A DNA stretch of 64,000 bases from Thermoproteota archaeon (GCA_027491415.1 JAOZFH010000050.1:22778-86777), one strand, 5' to 3'; counted from the stretch's first letter, positions 10,189 through 20,857 are shown. Notes: a model not told the origin generated them from the letters alone. Made by a program: numbers and translations.

Positions 10189-10348
10189 AATCCGGGGCCC
10201 CTGGCTCTCCTCACAGGGCGTCAACCTCTCGAGAGCGATCTACGTCCGCCGGGAGCCGTGCGCGTCAAGTCCAACGGGAAGACGACGAAGGGGCGTCCCT
10301 GGAGACTTCAGTAAGTGATTTATACTGCCCGGGGTTTCTCGCCCCCCG

Positions 10349-10452
10349 GCGGGCACCGGGGGAGCTGGGGCAACCCGGCTGAGAGGGCGGCTAGCGCGCC
10401 GCCGACCCCTGGAACCTGATCCGGGTAATGCCGGCGTAGGGAGCGTGCCCGC
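10349..10452 (+). promoter_or_regulatory. TPP (THI-box) riboswitch
   Basis: GGGGAGC..GCTGAGA..GACCC..GAACCTGATCCGGGTAATGCCGGCGTAGGGA consensus; P1 GCGGGCAC/GTGCCCGC; TTTATA box at 10319-10324; upstream of thiB. Confidence 0.95.
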
Positions 10453-10510
10453 GGCACCTCCTTATGCCGACTCCCGCGGCCCCTCCGGTGTCTGCCGGGA
10501 GGGGTGTGGT

Positions 10511-11620
10511 GTGAAGTGGACTGCCGGCCGGATCCTGGCCCTAGCCCTTGCGGCGGTGGTGGTGCTAGCCGCAGCGTACGTGGCCCTGCAGAGGACCGGC
10601 GAGGCTCGGGCCGAGAGGAGGCTGGTCATCTACACCTACGAGAGCCTGCTCAAGTGGGGGGACGATCCCAACGCGACGCTCGACGCGGTCTACGGCGAGT
10701 TCGAGCGCAGGTACAACTGCGAGGTCGTGGTCAGGGAGTTCGACGACGCTAGGTCCGCGCTGCTGGCCCTGATCCAGGAGAAGGACAACCCGCAGGCGGA
10801 CGTGATCATAGGGATTGACAACGTGCTCGTGCACGAGGCCGTCGATGCCGGGGTGCTCGAGCCCTACACCCCGAGCAACCTCGACGAGATCTACGACTGG
10901 CTGGTCAGCTCCCTAGATCCGACGCACCACGTCGTGCCCTACGACTACGGCCTCATAGCACTGGTGTACGACAGTCAGCGCATCGCAGAAGAGGAGATGT
11001 CCAGCCTCACGTTTGACGACCTGGCCAGGCCGGAGTACGCCTCCAAGATAGTTGCGGAGGATCCGACCGTGAGCAGCACCGGTCTCGGCTTCCTGCTCTG
11101 GCAGATCGCCTACTACAAGATGACCGGCGGAGACTGGAGGAGCTGGTGGACTCGGGCGATCGACAACGGCATGCTGGTCGCGGGGAGCTGGGGGGACGCC
11201 TACGACGTCTTCCTGGATGAGGCTCAGGGCAGGCCGATCGTGGTGAGCTACGGGACCGACGGGGCGTACTCCTACCACTTCTACCAGGAAACCAGATACA
11301 GGGCGACGCTGGTGACCTACAACGGTAAGGAGTGGGGCTGGCTCCAGATAGAGGGCATAGGCCTAGTCAAGGGGGCCCCGCACAGGGAGCTGGCGGAGGA
11401 GTTCATCGAGTATTTCCTCAGCCCCGAGGTGCAGAGGCTCATACCGCTGAACAACTGGATGTACCCGGCCAACGAGAACGTCCAGCTTCCCCCAGAGTAC
11501 GAGCGGTACGCCATCGATCCCACGAAGATCAGGCTTATGAACGAGGTCCTTTCCACGGACGAGATCGCGGCCAACCTCAGGCGTTGGCTAGACGAGTGGA
11601 GGAGGGCCGTGGGGTCCTAA
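10511..11620 (+). CDS. thiB: thiamine ABC transporter substrate-binding protein
   Basis: LVIYTYES, ADVIIGIDN, PYDYG, DPTVSSTGLGFLLW, W.DAY, VVSYGTD, QIEG, NWMYP; GTG start after SD at 10511. Confidence 0.92.
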   Translation: MKWTAGRILALALAAVVVLAAAYVALQRTGEARAERRLVIYTYESLLKWGDDPNATLDAVYGEFERRYNCEVVVREFDDARSALLALIQEKDNPQADVIIGIDNVLVHEAVDAGVLEPYTPSNLDEIYDWLVSSLDPTHHVVPYDYGLIALVYDSQRIAEEEMSSLTFDDLARPEYASKIVAEDPTVSSTGLGFLLWQIAYYKMTGGDWRSWWTRAIDNGMLVAGSWGDAYDVFLDEAQGRPIVVSYGTDGAYSYHFYQETRYRATLVTYNGKEWGWLQIEGIGLVKGAPHRELAEEFIEYFLSPEVQRLIPLNNWMYPANENVQLPPEYERYAIDPTKIRLMNEVLSTDEIAANLRRWLDEWRRAVGS

Positions 11621-11644
11621 CCCTAGTAAGGTCGAGGAGAGGCG

Positions 11645-13225
11645 GTGCGGGTGTTCCTTAAGGGCGGACGGCTAGGGCGGGACGTGGAACACTGGGCTCC
11701 CGCCCTCCTAGCCGCCGCCCTCCTCTTTTCTCTCTGGGCTTCATCGGCCGGGGCGCTGCTCGTTGAGGGGGTTCGAGGCATCGTCGACGCCGCCAGAGAC
11801 CCGGTAGTCTCTAGGGCCCTGAGGTTCTCCACCTTACAGGCCTTGGCCAGCGCCGGGGCCGCCGTGCTGCTCGCCCTGCCGCTGGCCTACCTCAACTCCA
11901 CGTACGACTACCCCGGCAGGAGCCTGGTGGAGACACTCGTGGCGCTTCCGTTTACCCTTCCGACCGTGTCGGTGGCACTAGCCTTCCTGCTACTCGTTAG
12001 GGCCGGCCTAGTTCCGCAGGGCTGGATCGCGATAGTCTTGGCGCACGCCTACTTCAACTTCGGGGTCTGCGCCCAAATGATCTCCGCATCCCTAGGATCC
12101 GTTGGACCGAGCATCGAGGAGGCGGCCGAGACCCTTGGAGCGGGGCCGCTCGCGAGGTTCTTCAGGGTCACACTCCCACTCGCGCTGAGGGGGATCGCGG
12201 CCGGCTTCTCTCTCACGTTCTCCCTGAGCTTCACCAGCTTCGCTATACCCCTACTCCTGGGGGGACCACGGTACAGGACCCTCGAGGTGGAGATCTACTC
12301 CCTGTACAAGGTGTTCCTCGACGCCGACCGGGCCTCCGCCGCGGCGCTGATTCAGCTGGCCGCCACGATGGGTGTTGCGTGGGCATCCCTGAGGTGGTCC
12401 CCCGTGGGGGTTTCGGGGGAGGTCAGGAGGAGGAGGCCCCTGGTGGGATCCCAGGCGGCCCTCGCCGCGGTCTATGGATACGCCTCAGCCGCTCTATCGA
12501 TCTACCCCGTCGCCTACCTGTTCGTGCGATCGCTCTTCGACCCGCTGACCGACAGGTTCAATCCCACCGTCTACGCGAGGATCCTCTCGACCGCCTACGA
12601 CGCCTCCCTAGGGACTGAACCATTCCGAGGGCTCCTCAACAGCGCCTTCTTCGCCGCCACGACGGCCGTGGTCACCCTCTCCCTCGCCGCGCTGGTCGCC
12701 TCGGCTCCGCCCAAGGCCAGGTCTCTGGCCCTAGGGGTCTCATCTCTACCCCTTGGTACCTCATCCATTACGGCTGCCCTGGGGCTCTACGCCCTCGGCC
12801 TCAGGCTCAGGGCCCCCGGCTGGTCCCTCATAGCGGCGAGCCACATCATGATAGCGGCGCCCTTCGCCATGAGGGCCGTGGAGTCGGGCGTGTCAGGCCT
12901 GTCTGAGAGCCTGGTGGACGCCGCCGAGACGCTGGGCCTCAGCAGGCTGGACGCCACCTTCAGGGTGCTCCTGCCGGCGGCCGCTCCCGCGGTGCTCTCT
13001 GGCGCCTTCTATTCCCTGGCCCTCTCGCTGTCTGAGACGGCGGCCAGCGCGCTCCTGGCCTCCCCGGCGACGCAGACCATGACCGTGGTGGCCCTCAGGT
13101 ACGCGGGGGTGAGGAGGTTCCAGGAGGCCGCGGCGGTCTCGTCCCTCGTGGCCCTGCTGACGTGGGGGGCGCTGTGGGCAAAGCAAATCGCGGAGGGGAG
13201 AATGGGGTGGTTGAGGTCGAGCTGA
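11645..13225 (+). CDS. thiP: thiamine ABC transporter permease (duplicated)
   Basis: LPFTLPTV, LAHAYFN, two EAA motifs (EEAAETLGA, DAAETLGLS), SFAIPLLLGG. Confidence 0.88.
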   Translation: MRVFLKGGRLGRDVEHWAPALLAAALLFSLWASSAGALLVEGVRGIVDAARDPVVSRALRFSTLQALASAGAAVLLALPLAYLNSTYDYPGRSLVETLVALPFTLPTVSVALAFLLLVRAGLVPQGWIAIVLAHAYFNFGVCAQMISASLGSVGPSIEEAAETLGAGPLARFFRVTLPLALRGIAAGFSLTFSLSFTSFAIPLLLGGPRYRTLEVEIYSLYKVFLDADRASAAALIQLAATMGVAWASLRWSPVGVSGEVRRRRPLVGSQAALAAVYGYASAALSIYPVAYLFVRSLFDPLTDRFNPTVYARILSTAYDASLGTEPFRGLLNSAFFAATTAVVTLSLAALVASAPPKARSLALGVSSLPLGTSSITAALGLYALGLRLRAPGWSLIAASHIMIAAPFAMRAVESGVSGLSESLVDAAETLGLSRLDATFRVLLPAAAPAVLSGAFYSLALSLSETAASALLASPATQTMTVVALRYAGVRRFQEAAAVSSLVALLTWGALWAKQIAEGRMGWLRSS

Positions 13226-14208
13226 GGTCCGTGAGCAAGAGGTTCGGAGACGTGGTTGCGCTGGAATCCGTGACGCTCAGGGCTCCGGAGGGCACCATCA
13301 CCGCCGTGCTGGGCCCGAGCGGGTGTGGGAAGACCACGATGCTGAGGGTGGTCGCTGGCCTGGAGAGGCCGGACTCCGGCAGGGTGTTGTTCGGCGGAGT
13401 CGACGTCACCGAGGTGCCCCCAAGGGAGAGAAACGTCGGTATGGTCTTTCAGGACCTCGCGCTGTTCCCGCACATGACCGTCCTAGACAACGTGGCCTTC
13501 GGGCTCGTGGCGAGGGGGGTTGGGGGGGTCGAGGCCAGGCGCCGGGCCAGGGAGTACCTGAGGCTCCTCAGGCTCGAGGGCCTCGAGTCGAGGTATCCTC
13601 ACCAGCTCTCTGGAGGTCAGAGGCAGAGGGTGGCCATAGCGAGGGCGCTCGCCCCGGAGCCAAGGGTGCTCCTCCTGGACGAGCCCTTCGGGGCGCTCGA
13701 CGCCAGGCTCAGGGAGGATCTCCTCTGGGAGATCAGGAGGCTCCACGCCGAGAGGGGCTTCACGGCCATCCACGTGACCCACGACCAGGCGGAGGCGCTG
13801 GCCATCGCCGACAGGCTGGCGGTGATGAGGGCCGGCAGGATCTTGAGGGAGGGGCCGGCCGGCGAGGTGGTGGACGATCCTCGGAGCGAGTTCGTCGCCA
13901 GGTTCCTCGGTGCAAACGTGCTCAGGCTGGAGCGGAGGGGCGGCAGTAGATACGGGCTTGGGGATTACGAGGTCGAGCTGGAGTGGACTGGGGAGGCGGT
14001 CTCCGTGGCCTTCTACCCCGAGGAGGTTGAGCAGACGCCCGCCGGAATTGCCGCCACGATAATCGCGGTGTCCCGCTCCAGATCCGCCTACAGGGTGAAG
14101 GGAAGGGTGGGGGATGAAGAAGTCGAGCTTGTGTTGGAAGACCCGCCGACTGGGTCGACGGTAACCTTCAGGCCGACTGAGCTGAGGATCCTGCGTACGA
14201 AGGCGTGA
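13207..14208 (+). CDS. thiQ: ABC transporter ATP-binding protein (ThiQ-like)
   Basis: GPSGCGKT, LSGGQRQR, LLLDEP, VTHD; third gene of the thi operon. Confidence 0.85.
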   Translation: MVEVELRSVSKRFGDVVALESVTLRAPEGTITAVLGPSGCGKTTMLRVVAGLERPDSGRVLFGGVDVTEVPPRERNVGMVFQDLALFPHMTVLDNVAFGLVARGVGGVEARRRAREYLRLLRLEGLESRYPHQLSGGQRQRVAIARALAPEPRVLLLDEPFGALDARLREDLLWEIRRLHAERGFTAIHVTHDQAEALAIADRLAVMRAGRILREGPAGEVVDDPRSEFVARFLGANVLRLERRGGSRYGLGDYEVELEWTGEAVSVAFYPEEVEQTPAGIAATIIAVSRSRSAYRVKGRVGDEEVELVLEDPPTGSTVTFRPTELRILRTKA

Positions 14209-14257
14209 CGGAAAGCCGGACTGAGGGGGCCTGCAGCGGCGCGCCCTGAGCCCCCTG

Positions 14258-15298
14258 TCATGTGGGAATTATGATCCGCCCCACCACCCGGGTAACCGGG
14301 ATCCGCGCCGGCGGATGGGAGGAGCGCCGCACGCCGCTCAGGCACCTCCACGGGTCGGCCAGGCCCTCCCCTGGGAAGTAGGCCCCGTAGTCCTCCCCCG
14401 ACCCGTCTCCCCTGTCGTAGAACATCCAAACCCCCACCAGCGAAGGGTTCCTCACGGACCTGAGGTTTGGGCATATCCCGCTGAGCCACTCCTCCACGTC
14501 ACCTGCCCCCTCATAGCCCGTCACCACCATCTGATTGGGCAGGGTGCCGGAGAACTTCGCTATCTCGTCCTCGCTGTACAGCTCGGTGATCACGAGGAAC
14601 TCCGGTCCGACTCCCGCCAGTTGATTGACCAGCGGCGCGAACTCCTCATCCAGCCAAGCGGCGTAGACCCCCTTCAGCGCCTCGGGGAGGGAGTCGTAGA
14701 ACCGGATTATATCCGCGTAGTCACGCCTATAACTCCACCCGTACCATATGGCCACCTTCCAGGTCGAGTTCAACGTTGAGAGAAACTCCATGAGCCCCAG
14801 CACCAGCCCATTCATGGGGGTTCCGGGTTCGAGGTAGTCGTCCTCGGGCCCGCACTTCCACTTGGGGAAGACCCCCCAGATGACCCTCATGGATCGCTCC
14901 TCCGCGAGGTCGTCTATCACCCTCAGGTTGTGGCGAAAGAGGGGGGAGTCGTCCGCGGGGATGATCACTATCACGGTGTTGTAATACCTCCCCATCAGGG
15001 AGAAGTCACTCCCGATCGGCCTCCTGCAATCTGAGAGGTTGGCGTACACGTAGAAGTATATCCTGTCCCCGTATTCCTCCGTCCAATAGCTTGTACAACA
15101 CTCCGACGGGAGGATGTAGACTATCCCCCTTATTCCCTCCCCCGCGAACTCCGACGGGAGGATGGGCGGGGTCGTGGCGGTCTGCGTCTGACCTCGCTCT
15201 CGATTACCGGCCGGACTCCCTAGGGCTTGAGGCGCGATGATGAGGGCCGAAGCGGCCAGCGCCGCTAAGAGCGTCGACAATCCGGGGAATCGGCCCAC
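14258..15298 (-). CDS. secreted hypothetical protein (possible TIM-barrel)
   Basis: Signal peptide, aromatic-rich alternating beta/alpha pattern, normal codon usage. Confidence 0.6.
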   Translation of the reverse strand: MGRFPGLSTLLAALAASALIIAPQALGSPAGNRERGQTQTATTPPILPSEFAGEGIRGIVYILPSECCTSYWTEEYGDRIYFYVYANLSDCRRPIGSDFSLMGRYYNTVIVIIPADDSPLFRHNLRVIDDLAEERSMRVIWGVFPKWKCGPEDDYLEPGTPMNGLVLGLMEFLSTLNSTWKVAIWYGWSYRRDYADIIRFYDSLPEALKGVYAAWLDEEFAPLVNQLAGVGPEFLVITELYSEDEIAKFSGTLPNQMVVTGYEGAGDVEEWLSGICPNLRSVRNPSLVGVWMFYDRGDGSGEDYGAYFPGEGLADPWRCLSGVRRSSHPPARIPVTRVVGRIIIPT

Positions 15299-15418
15299 CT
15301 GGCCGCACCTGTGGATCGATTGACAGGGTTGCCCATAAGGGTTAACCGGAGGCCGCGCCCCGATGCCTCGTCCCTCCTCACCTCGAGAGAGGAGGTTCGG
15401 CGTGGCGTGACAGGCTCC

Positions 15419-15835
15419 TTAACTCTCCCTAGACCTCCAATTCCTCTCCAGTTCCTCCAGTATGCCAGGGTCGCCGGCCAGGATCCTACCCACGCGCAGG
15501 ATCTCATCCACGATTCTCCTCCCTTGCCTGGCCATCTCGACGAGTTCGCTCTTCTCGTAGACGAAGGGGTCTAGGTCGATCGGGAGGCTCGGATCCAAGA
15601 ACTCCCCCACACGCTCCGCCGGATCGCCTGGGGCTGATCCGTCGGGCACGACCACCACTACATCGGCGTCCGAGAAGGCCGTGTAGTTTCCCCTGGCCAG
15701 CGACCCTATCAATATCACCGCCAGGGCTCCCTCCCTCACCTTCCTCCGGGCGTAGGAGGAGAGTGATCTCACAACTCCATCGTAGTCAAGCCTGAACAAC
15801 TTTACCCCTGACCCACTCGAGTATCTCACTCGCAT
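15419..15835 (-). CDS. minimal nucleotidyltransferase (MNT) antitoxin
   Basis: ILIGSLARGNYTAFSDADVVVVV (GS..DxD); ATG at 15835 overlaps the HEPN gene. Confidence 0.88.
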   Translation of the reverse strand: MRVRYSSGSGVKLFRLDYDGVVRSLSSYARRKVREGALAVILIGSLARGNYTAFSDADVVVVVPDGSAPGDPAERVGEFLDPSLPIDLDPFVYEKSELVEMARQGRRIVDEILRVGRILAGDPGILEELERNWRSRES

Positions 15836-16181
15836 AGGAAATCGCCCTCTCGGCCTGCTCCCTCGTGTAGTAGTCCATGGGAGCGCCTTCGGGGTGGGCG
15901 TTCGGATACCTGGAAGGGATGTAGTGCTGATCCAGCTCCTTAGCCATCTCGACGAGTTCTCGAGGAGGTCTGCTCTCCTCCGGTAGAGCCTGTAGGAGCC
16001 TGGAGACTGAGTGACCCCAGACCTCATTGCCCAGCATCTGGTGAAGAGCCTTAACCGCCTTCTCTGCCGCTTGGTGGGCGATGAGGCAGGCCCACTCGTA
16101 GAAACCATCCTCCAAAGCCCTTTTGGCAAACTCGAGGTCCCTGACGGCCTGCCTAAACCAGTCTCCAGACCGCGACACCAT
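15786..16181 (-). CDS. HEPN domain protein
   Basis: WFRQAVRDL...ACLIAHQAAEKAVKA...WGHS...LDQHYIPSRYP. Confidence 0.92.
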   Translation of the reverse strand: MVSRSGDWFRQAVRDLEFAKRALEDGFYEWACLIAHQAAEKAVKALHQMLGNEVWGHSVSRLLQALPEESRPPRELVEMAKELDQHYIPSRYPNAHPEGAPMDYYTREQAERAISYASEILEWVRGKVVQA

Positions 16182-16441
16182 CTAATGTTGTCGGACCCAA
16201 TGAGGGTAATAATTCCAGCGCGAACCCGCCGAGCCCCCGGGGAGCCCAGGGAGATCACCTGCAGCCTCCCGGCCCCACTTTCGCCGAGCTGGTGAGGTCG
16301 AGTTGACCAGGACCTAAGACCTACCAATGCACAAGGGTCCTCTCCCCTGTCCACATGATGTCGCCGCGACGAAGAAAAAAGGGAAACCCCCAACTTGTTA
16401 ATTCTGCGTGAAACCTTTTATCGGCAAAGGTCAGATGCGCC

Positions 16442-16762
16442 ATGATGCTCCCATCAACATCCTGGGTAGATGGGTTGCCTCCCGTCCTCGCCTTACTTAC
16501 ACTCGCGCTGATGGTGGACCTGGTTGAGAGGCTCCTCGAGTACATCGGTAGGGCGATCTGCGGGTGGGACAGAGCGCCCCCCGAGAGGTCGGTTGACCTG
16601 TGGGTTCTGGCCGCCCTGATCACCCTTGTCCTCTTCGTGCCGGGGCTGGGCCTGGGGTCGGTGTTCGCGCTTGGGCTCGTACTGATAGTCCTCGACCTGG
16701 TCTCCAAGCGAGAGAGGAGAGAAGAGAGGGTGAAGGCAAGTCAACCCCAGCTCTCTGCGTAA
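16442..16762 (+). CDS. small membrane hypothetical protein
   Basis: Three hydrophobic segments; TTTTAT box about 25 nt upstream. Confidence 0.55.
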   Translation: MMLPSTSWVDGLPPVLALLTLALMVDLVERLLEYIGRAICGWDRAPPERSVDLWVLAALITLVLFVPGLGLGSVFALGLVLIVLDLVSKRERREERVKASQPQLSA

Positions 16763-18957
16763 AGATCCGAGATCCAGTCCGGGAGTTCGGGCGGATTCTG
16801 AGCGAGCATATCTCTCCACGATTCGTCGGTCAGCCTGTCCGAGATTGGGTGCTTGAACTCGTAGTACGTGAGAACAGGTCCGACTGCCACGTAGGTCCCA
16901 TCTGGCGCTGGGAAAATCACCACCAATAGATCTAAAGGTCCAACCCCCTCCTCTAGGGCCAGCCCGGAGTTCAGGTCTGTGTGGACATCCGCCACCATAA
17001 CGGTGGACTTGGACCTCTCCGAGAGGCCTGACAGGATGTCTTCCAACACCTCCCCGATCCTCAGCAGGAACTTCACATCCTCCCTGGAGAGGGCCTCTCC
17101 AGCTAGCTCCCTCCTGGAGATCCTCGCCAGATTCTCCAGCAAGTCCTCCATGCCCGCCAGCCTGCGATCGGCATCCTCAGTCAAGTACCCCAAGGAGCGG
17201 AGGCCCTCCCTCGACTGCCTCGTGAGTGCGAGAAGCCTGTCGTAGAGCTCTGGGATCGGCTCCACGAAGGCCAGCCTCTCGGGCGTGGCCGGAGGCGCTG
17301 CAGCCAACTTTGGAGTGTAGCTCTGCTTCGCGTAGAGAATCGTGTCGTGCCTCAGCTCGGACCACGACGCCAGGGCCGCGAGGAGCTGTCTGCGCTCCCA
17401 CGCCTCGGTCCTCATGTACGCGGGGTAGCCCTCCGGCCTGGGGCTCGCGAGGATCCTCAGCGCGTCCAGCCAGGACCAGTACAGGTTCCTCGACCAGTCA
17501 TCCTCGCTCAGGTTCGAGAACTCCTCCCTGAGCCGGGCCACCACGTCCTCGTAGCGCTCGTAGTCGGCATCCCCCTCCTCCCTCATCACCTGCAGGGCGG
17601 TCTCGCTCCCGACCACGGCGAACCAGTCTAGACCCCTCGGGAACACCCTGGCCGGCCCGCCGTCGGTAAGGCCCAACGTGAACGGCTCGTCGTCTCCCGT
17701 GTACAGGCCGACCGAGGGGGTCACGAGCCTCTGGAAGACGTACGAGTCTGGGACGTATCGCTGGCCCATGAACCTCATCCCCGCGCTCGCGTCGAGGCAC
17801 TCCGCCAAGTCCTCCTCCGTGAAGGGCGGGTAGACCACACAGAACCCGGTCCCGCCGTAGATCTTGGGTCTCCCCATCCCGGCGACCAGCGCCCTGATCT
17901 CGTCTATCCTGCCGGGAATCTGCCGGGCCTCGACCGAGTCTCCAAAGAGCTCTGCGAGGGCCTCCAGGTAGTCGTAGGGGGTTAGGTCGTCCGCAAAGCC
18001 CACAAAGAAGGCTGTCACCGAGTATATATCGCTCCAGACCTCTCCCACAGTCCTGCCGTCCCCGAGCTCCACGTTCGGCATGGCCGCGGAGATCAGAGCG
18101 GCCTGGAGAGTGAGCATCCTGGCCTGGTCGGCCGTCACGAACCCGCCGGGCCCCCCTCTCAGGAGGAAGGCCATCCTCCCGTACCACATCATCGCCCTGA
18201 AGTACCTCCGGAGCGTCTCCGAGCGAGTGTAGTGGCCTCTGGGAATGTACTGGCTGTAGTCTTCCTTGTACCAGAAGAGGGGGCTTCTCTGCACCCCCGG
18301 GTGGGACTCTATCAGGCTCAGCTCAGCCTGAACGACGTCCCGCACCTCTCTGGGGGGCTCGAAGTCTGGGTCTAAGAGCGAGAGGGCCACCGCGAAGTAT
18401 GCCGCGTTCCTCCTGGCGGCCTCCGCCACCTCCCCCTGCGATCCCATGCTGAGGGTGAGGCTCTCCTCCATCATGGCCCTCGTGACTGCCACCAAGTCCG
18501 GGTAGATCTTCTGCTCCTCTATCTGGGCGAGTGTGGTGTCGAAGAGCACGTGATACGCGTGCAGTACGGTGTCTGCCGTGACGTAGACGGGCACGGTCGG
18601 GGGCAGGGCCTCGTAGGCCTCCGAGAAGTCGTCGAAGGCGCCCCACCTCACCAAAACGAAGCCCCTCTCCAGTACGGACGTCCTCTGGGCCGGGCCCAGG
18701 TTGAGGACATCCATGGCGTCTGGGTTGGCCAGCTGAGACTCCTCGAGGGGGAGCGACTGACTCAGGGAGGTCGGAGCTGGCCTGGCCGGGGAGACGCTTG
18801 GCGGGGGGAGCCCCGGCCTCCTGAGAGAGGAGAGCTCGTAGCCGACCCCGCTCGGACCGACCACACCACCGCCGCCCCGACCAGACCATAAGAAGTAGGC
18901 GGCGGCCGCGGGCAGCGAGAGGGCGAGCGCCAGGACGGCGAGCGATCGGGCGCGCAC
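16741..18957 (-). CDS. DUF3160 domain-containing secreted/anchored protein
   Basis: EDYSQYIPRGHYT..LRRYFRAMMWYGR, FMGQRYVPDS, ALASWSELRHDTILYAKQSY; probable GTG start at 18957 below a TTAAAA box. Confidence 0.88.
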   Translation of the reverse strand: MRARSLAVLALALSLPAAAAYFLWSGRGGGGVVGPSGVGYELSSLRRPGLPPPSVSPARPAPTSLSQSLPLEESQLANPDAMDVLNLGPAQRTSVLERGFVLVRWGAFDDFSEAYEALPPTVPVYVTADTVLHAYHVLFDTTLAQIEEQKIYPDLVAVTRAMMEESLTLSMGSQGEVAEAARRNAAYFAVALSLLDPDFEPPREVRDVVQAELSLIESHPGVQRSPLFWYKEDYSQYIPRGHYTRSETLRRYFRAMMWYGRMAFLLRGGPGGFVTADQARMLTLQAALISAAMPNVELGDGRTVGEVWSDIYSVTAFFVGFADDLTPYDYLEALAELFGDSVEARQIPGRIDEIRALVAGMGRPKIYGGTGFCVVYPPFTEEDLAECLDASAGMRFMGQRYVPDSYVFQRLVTPSVGLYTGDDEPFTLGLTDGGPARVFPRGLDWFAVVGSETALQVMREEGDADYERYEDVVARLREEFSNLSEDDWSRNLYWSWLDALRILASPRPEGYPAYMRTEAWERRQLLAALASWSELRHDTILYAKQSYTPKLAAAPPATPERLAFVEPIPELYDRLLALTRQSREGLRSLGYLTEDADRRLAGMEDLLENLARISRRELAGEALSREDVKFLLRIGEVLEDILSGLSERSKSTVMVADVHTDLNSGLALEEGVGPLDLLVVIFPAPDGTYVAVGPVLTYYEFKHPISDRLTDESWRDMLAQNPPELPDWISDLYAESWG

Positions 18958-19089
18958 GAGCTTCCACCCGAGCGACCCTTTTAACCCTGCGCCGAAAGGT
19001 GCGAGGCTCCTCGCACCTTTTTGGCGAGGAGCGCCTGACCGGCGCCGGCCGGCCTCCATTTTATAATCGGGTCGACCCGACCTGATGGC

Positions 19090-19620
19090 GTGCTCGCCCG
19101 GAAGGCCCTCTCGGTTCTCTGCGCGTCGCTCGGCATCGTGTACCTGGCCCAAGACCTGGTCCTCGCCTTCTCCGTCGAGGTGGCCCCGGTCTGGCTCGTC
19201 CTGGAGAACACCTTCTTCGCCTTCGCCTACGTCAGTCTCGGGACCTTCAGAACCCTTAAGAGGTCGGAGATTGTCCTCTCCGCGGTTGCGGGGTTCAGCG
19301 CGGGGAGGACAGTTGACTCGATTCTGGACGCGTCTGCCCCGGCCTACCTACGTGCGCTTCGCTCGGCCCTGGCCCTGGTGGCGCTGGCGGTCGTGGGTCT
19401 GTCTTGGGCCTCTATCTCGTGTGCTGGGGATGGTAAGAGAGAATGCCGGGGAGAGCTGGGGCGAGATAGAGCGGATGAGCAGGCGATTCATGAAAGGAGG
19501 AGTGAGGACTCAACGCCGCCAGCACCTGCCGCGCGCCGATCCGCTGGCTCCAGGCGGAGGAACCTGAGGGATCTATCTGCCCGCCGGTCGAGTCGGCCCC
19601 GGGGAGGACCCCATCCCTAG
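19090..19620 (+). CDS. membrane hypothetical protein (C-terminus probably read-through)
   Basis: Four TM segments in the first ~110 aa, then a low-complexity tail. Confidence 0.5.
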   Translation: MLARKALSVLCASLGIVYLAQDLVLAFSVEVAPVWLVLENTFFAFAYVSLGTFRTLKRSEIVLSAVAGFSAGRTVDSILDASAPAYLRALRSALALVALAVVGLSWASISCAGDGKRECRGELGRDRADEQAIHERRSEDSTPPAPAARRSAGSRRRNLRDLSARRSSRPRGGPHP

Positions 19621-19639
19621 GCCCCCGTGATTGCGTGAC

Positions 19640-20600
19640 GAGCTACTCATCCAGCAGTCCCATCTCGCTCCTCAGCGATCCCACCCTCCTGACTCCGAAC
19701 TCGACGTACCCGAGTTCTGCGAACCACTCCTTGTGATCGTCGCCTAACATTCGATCGGACCCGTCTCCCCGACGAACTCCCCGCCGGTCATTCTGAACCT
19801 CCCCCTCAAGGCTCCCGGATCTCGCCTTGGCGGACTCCGGGCCTCTTCGAGTCCTCTGAGCCTCTCCCAGCCTCTCAAAGTCGGACCTCAGCTCGTCGTC
19901 CATAAGGCCGAAGCCCTTTGGAGTAGAGGTTGTCGCCGAGGAGGGGGACTCGACGACCTTCAAGTGCCTCAGCACCTACTCGGACCTCCCAACCCCCCAG
20001 AGCCCTCCTTGGGATGAGCGCCCAGCAAGCGATAACGGTCCTAGGCGCCACCCAAGCCCTTCTGGACTGAGTAAAGACTTAGCTGAAGGGATGGTCGGGA
20101 GAGACGAGGAGATTGACAAGTCCTATCCTACTTACTGATAGGCAGGCAGGCCTCCGCCGCGGTGTCCAGGAGGCTCGAACCTGAGGATTTCGACCTCAGG
20201 TAGGTCACCGACGCTCTCGGCTACAGGCCGGCTGCCAAGGCCGTTGAGAGGACTGGAGATCACGCCGCTAAGGTGGCCAAGACGGCCATCAAGCTTGGGG
20301 ATCCGCTGCCAAACCTGGAGAAGCTGAGGAAACTCGCGAGACTTGGAGCCGAGATTCTGAACAACTCGACGAAGGCCTCGTATCTCTGGGCAAAGGGAAG
20401 GCACGGTACGCGCTGAAGAAGTCCGCAGAGATCCCCCAAGCTCGGAGACGGCATACTCGAGGACACCCTTGGTCTCAGGCGCCCTGAGGGAAAGGAAGGT
20501 TAGGCCCGGCTTGCCCTCAAGAGCCTCGGGAGGGTGGCCGAGTACGGAGCTGCTGTGGCCGAGGTCGCTGTGGACCTCCGGGCTGGTTGCCATTTACCCA
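19640..20600. pseudogene. decayed coding fragments, unassigned
   Basis: Short coding-like ORF pieces that switch frame, with no intact gene over about 1 kb in an otherwise gene-dense genome. Confidence 0.35.
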
Positions 20601-20832
20601 TCCATGCCCCCACGCCTTCAATCTCCCCCCTCACGAAGTCCCCCGAAGGCAAGTGACGGAGCCGCAGAAGCCGGGACCTCTTCTCAGCCTAAATGCAGAT
20701 AAAGAAGCAAAGCAGATCGTCTGCGCGTCCTTCCATACGAGAGCTTAGCGAAAAATCCGGTATCCGCCTAAGGCTTTGACGACCGAGAGTGGGGCACCAG
20801 CAGTTGAACAAAACGGTATACAGCATCCAGTT

Positions 20833-20857
20833 GTTTACCTAATAGGTAAACTTTATA
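20833..20857 (+). promoter_or_regulatory. perfect palindromic operator abutting TATA box
   Basis: GTTTACCTA-A-TAGGTAAAC (20833-20851) immediately followed by TTTATA; ATG at 20882. Confidence 0.7.

Noticed and set aside
10445-10510. Longer thiB start at 10445
   Set aside because: Falls inside riboswitch P1; the SD and signal peptide fit GTG 10511
15836-16393. 324-aa ORF 15419..16393 as a full gene
   Set aside because: Only the last ~138 aa are the MNT; the upstream part is an alternate frame of the HEPN gene and intergenic DNA
20090-20140. MVGRDEEIDK resembling an archaeal ATPase N-terminus
   Set aside because: Only about 10 residues followed by a stop; too short to support
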